DNA of 64,000 nt from Centroscyllium fabricii (Eukaryota), in assembly GCA_051313645.2 (NCBI GenBank), contig JBNRSN020000029.1:20150001-20214000 (forward strand), written 5' to 3'. A model generated the notes under the pieces. It made no database searches, was not told the DNA's origin, and was given only the letters and a program-made list of their open reading frames with translations. The position numbers and the translations under genes were made by a program. This document shows positions 61,766 to 64,000 of this stretch, piece by piece. How positions within the stretch are numbered: position 1 is the first letter of the stretch; each line of letters opens with the position of its first letter.

Positions 61766-62249
61766 GTTAAATGGCTTCACAGAACAAAAATGCAATTCCT
61801 TAAATCAAAAAGTGAGCAGAAATTGTTCAATTGCCATGTACAAACTGGAATCTCAAAAGGAAATGGAAGCTGCCATCTGTTTACTGTATTAGATGTCATA
61901 TTGTACGATTTCAGAGGTGCTTGGGGAATTATTATCTTTTGCCGATAATGTAAGTCGGGCGATGTCTGAACTCAACAAACAAATAAAACTTTTCAGAACA
62001 GAAATCAAATCTATTAGACAAACATATTTGCTGTTTTTAACTGATTAAGCCCAACACTGGTTTCTTTAACATTCACCTCAACCCCTGCTCCCGTCAAGAG
62101 CACGTGTAGTTAACTGTTGAAAGAGCCATCAATTCCCAGCAACGGATTCATTTTGTAAATGATCCCAGGCCGTATGATTCTTTCAGAGTATAGGTCCTTC
62201 CTGACCTGCCTGTTTGTTAGCAAGTTAAGAATTTACGACATTTTGTCCA

Positions 62250-63230
62250 CAATTTATGTTAAAAATTCTGACTTTAGAATCACAAACACAATTTCTAAAT
62301 TTGCAGAGGACATAAAATTGGGGGGAGGGGTCATTCAATAATGAGGGGATCTGCAACAAATTACAAGAAGACTTTAGTCAACTTGCAGAATTGGCCTTGA
62401 CTTGTGAAATGAATTTTAACATAGGTAAGTGTGAGGTTATTACATTTTGGTAAAAGGAATTAGCAAGTTACATTTTACTTGGAAAATAACAATAAGAGGT
62501 AGAGGAGCAAATGTACCTGGGAGTACAACAACACAAACCACCAAGAGTTTTGAAGTAGGTCAATAAAACCATAGCAAAAGCAAACACAGCATGGGGGTTT
62601 ATTTACCCGATCATATAATTGAACATTAGAGAAAGTATGTTAAACATGTATCGAACCTTGTTTACATCACAACTGGAGTGCTTATTACTGTTTTGGTTGT
62701 CAAATTATGAAAAAGGTTATAGAGCCACAGGAGAATGTGCAGACATTTTACAAGGATGTTAGCGGCTTTGGGAGGTTATACATATCAGGAAAGGATGAGC
62801 ATGCTGCGTCACTTTTCTGTTTACAAGCGAAACCACGGCGGTTACAAAATGGAGTTCTCTGAAATTGTGAAAGTTATTGATAGAGTATACAGCGAGAGAG
62901 TGTTTGTGCTTGTGTTGAAGAGCAAAACTGAAGAAGTTATCACAGATAATCAACAATAAATCAGATAGGATATTCAGAAGAAACGTATTTACCCAGAGAG
63001 TGGTGGGAATAAGGAACTCTCTCTCGCAGGAAGTAGTTGAGGTTAATAGCATGGATGCATTTCATGGAATTCTAAATAGGCATGTGAGCGAGAATGGTAT
63101 GGAGGGTTATCATGATAGATGTAGTTCAGGAAGAATGAGATGAAGCTCGGGTGGAGCATTAACGCCGGAATGGGGTGGTAGGTTCGAATACACTATCTGT
63201 GTGCTGCGTATTCTATGTAATTCTATGTAA
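62250..63230 (+). mobile_element. Old CR1 LINE 3' part
   Basis: TISKFAEDIKLGG, FTQRVVG..NSL and (ATTCTATGTA)n tail. Confidence 0.8.
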
Positions 63231-64000
63231 ACCCAGTGTTCAGATCTCCAGTCAGCTTTAAAGACAAGGGAAATGTGAGATTGCTGTTACAGTGAAAATT
63301 AGTGCAGCTGCAGAATTTACCTTGAATTCAACAACATGGGAGGGCAGCTCAGTGCTAGCTATTGAAGCAATATGAATTGTCCTGCTCCCTCAGCTAAAAG
63401 TGGACTTAATTGATCCACAATTAGAGAGCATTTACCCGCCAAATACATTGGTTCTCAGTCCAAGTGCATTCGCTTTAAATCTAGACTGCACTCTTTACTT
63501 AGCATCTTTTCCGTCTTAATTTATTTCCAAACAAAAGAACGAACAAAAGCACAGAAAACCCATCAGATCCGATGTTTCTTTTTGTTCAGATTGACTGATC
63601 TGCCCAGTTAACGTTATCAGTGTCATGTCATCAATGGAGTTCTCGAAACGATAAAGTTTGCTCAATCAATATATGTCATATTTCTCCTTTTTATTGGAAA
63701 ACATGCGAATTATTGTGTTGCATAATCACAGAAAACAAATCCAAACAACCTTTCGCAACATGCGCCCTTTATGAGGGGTCGCTAATATCAATTCGGAGAA
63801 GGAAGAGGAGAAGATTTCCGATAATATTCGAAGGGAGTTGAAGCGATTTGTCACGTCTGAACACACCGACCTGACTGGGATCAGTTTCCACAGATCCAAT
63901 TGGTGTAGCAACATTCAGTAAACATTTTGCATAGGGTATTTGGAAAGATTATTTTAATCGCATTATAATAGAAGAACGTAGACAATCTAAATTTCATATT

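Overview
Eukaryotic, repeat-dense vertebrate DNA. HE1-type V-SINEs, SacSINE1-type DeuSINEs, CR1/HER1 LINEs, Penelope elements and the GPR139/142-like receptor family point to a cartilaginous fish, probably a shark (inference). Only one host gene looks intact: a two-exon GPR139/142-like class A GPCR (58295-61765, +). Host-gene relics are a paralogous GPCR exon-2 pseudogene, an orphan GPCR promoter plus exon 1, a divergent MHC class I-like pseudogene (minus strand, about 31.4-43.3 kb) and the 3' half of a TRIM/B30.2 pseudogene. Mobile DNA includes a young non-autonomous LTR element with 994-bp LTRs that each carry a 230-codon ORF, a 10-kb CCAAT-rich satellite abutting a tRNA-Ser-primed retrovirus-like gag-pro, and a Ty3/Gypsy element with discordant LTRs and no tRNA PBS. 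It also includes nested Harbinger-like non-autonomous elements, solo LTRs, and hAT, Tx1 and Penelope relics. There is one assembly gap (29819-29986). Most short ORFs in the supplied track are repeat or antisense artefacts. Coordinates were read by eye and may be a few bases off; family names come from motif recognition, not database searches.
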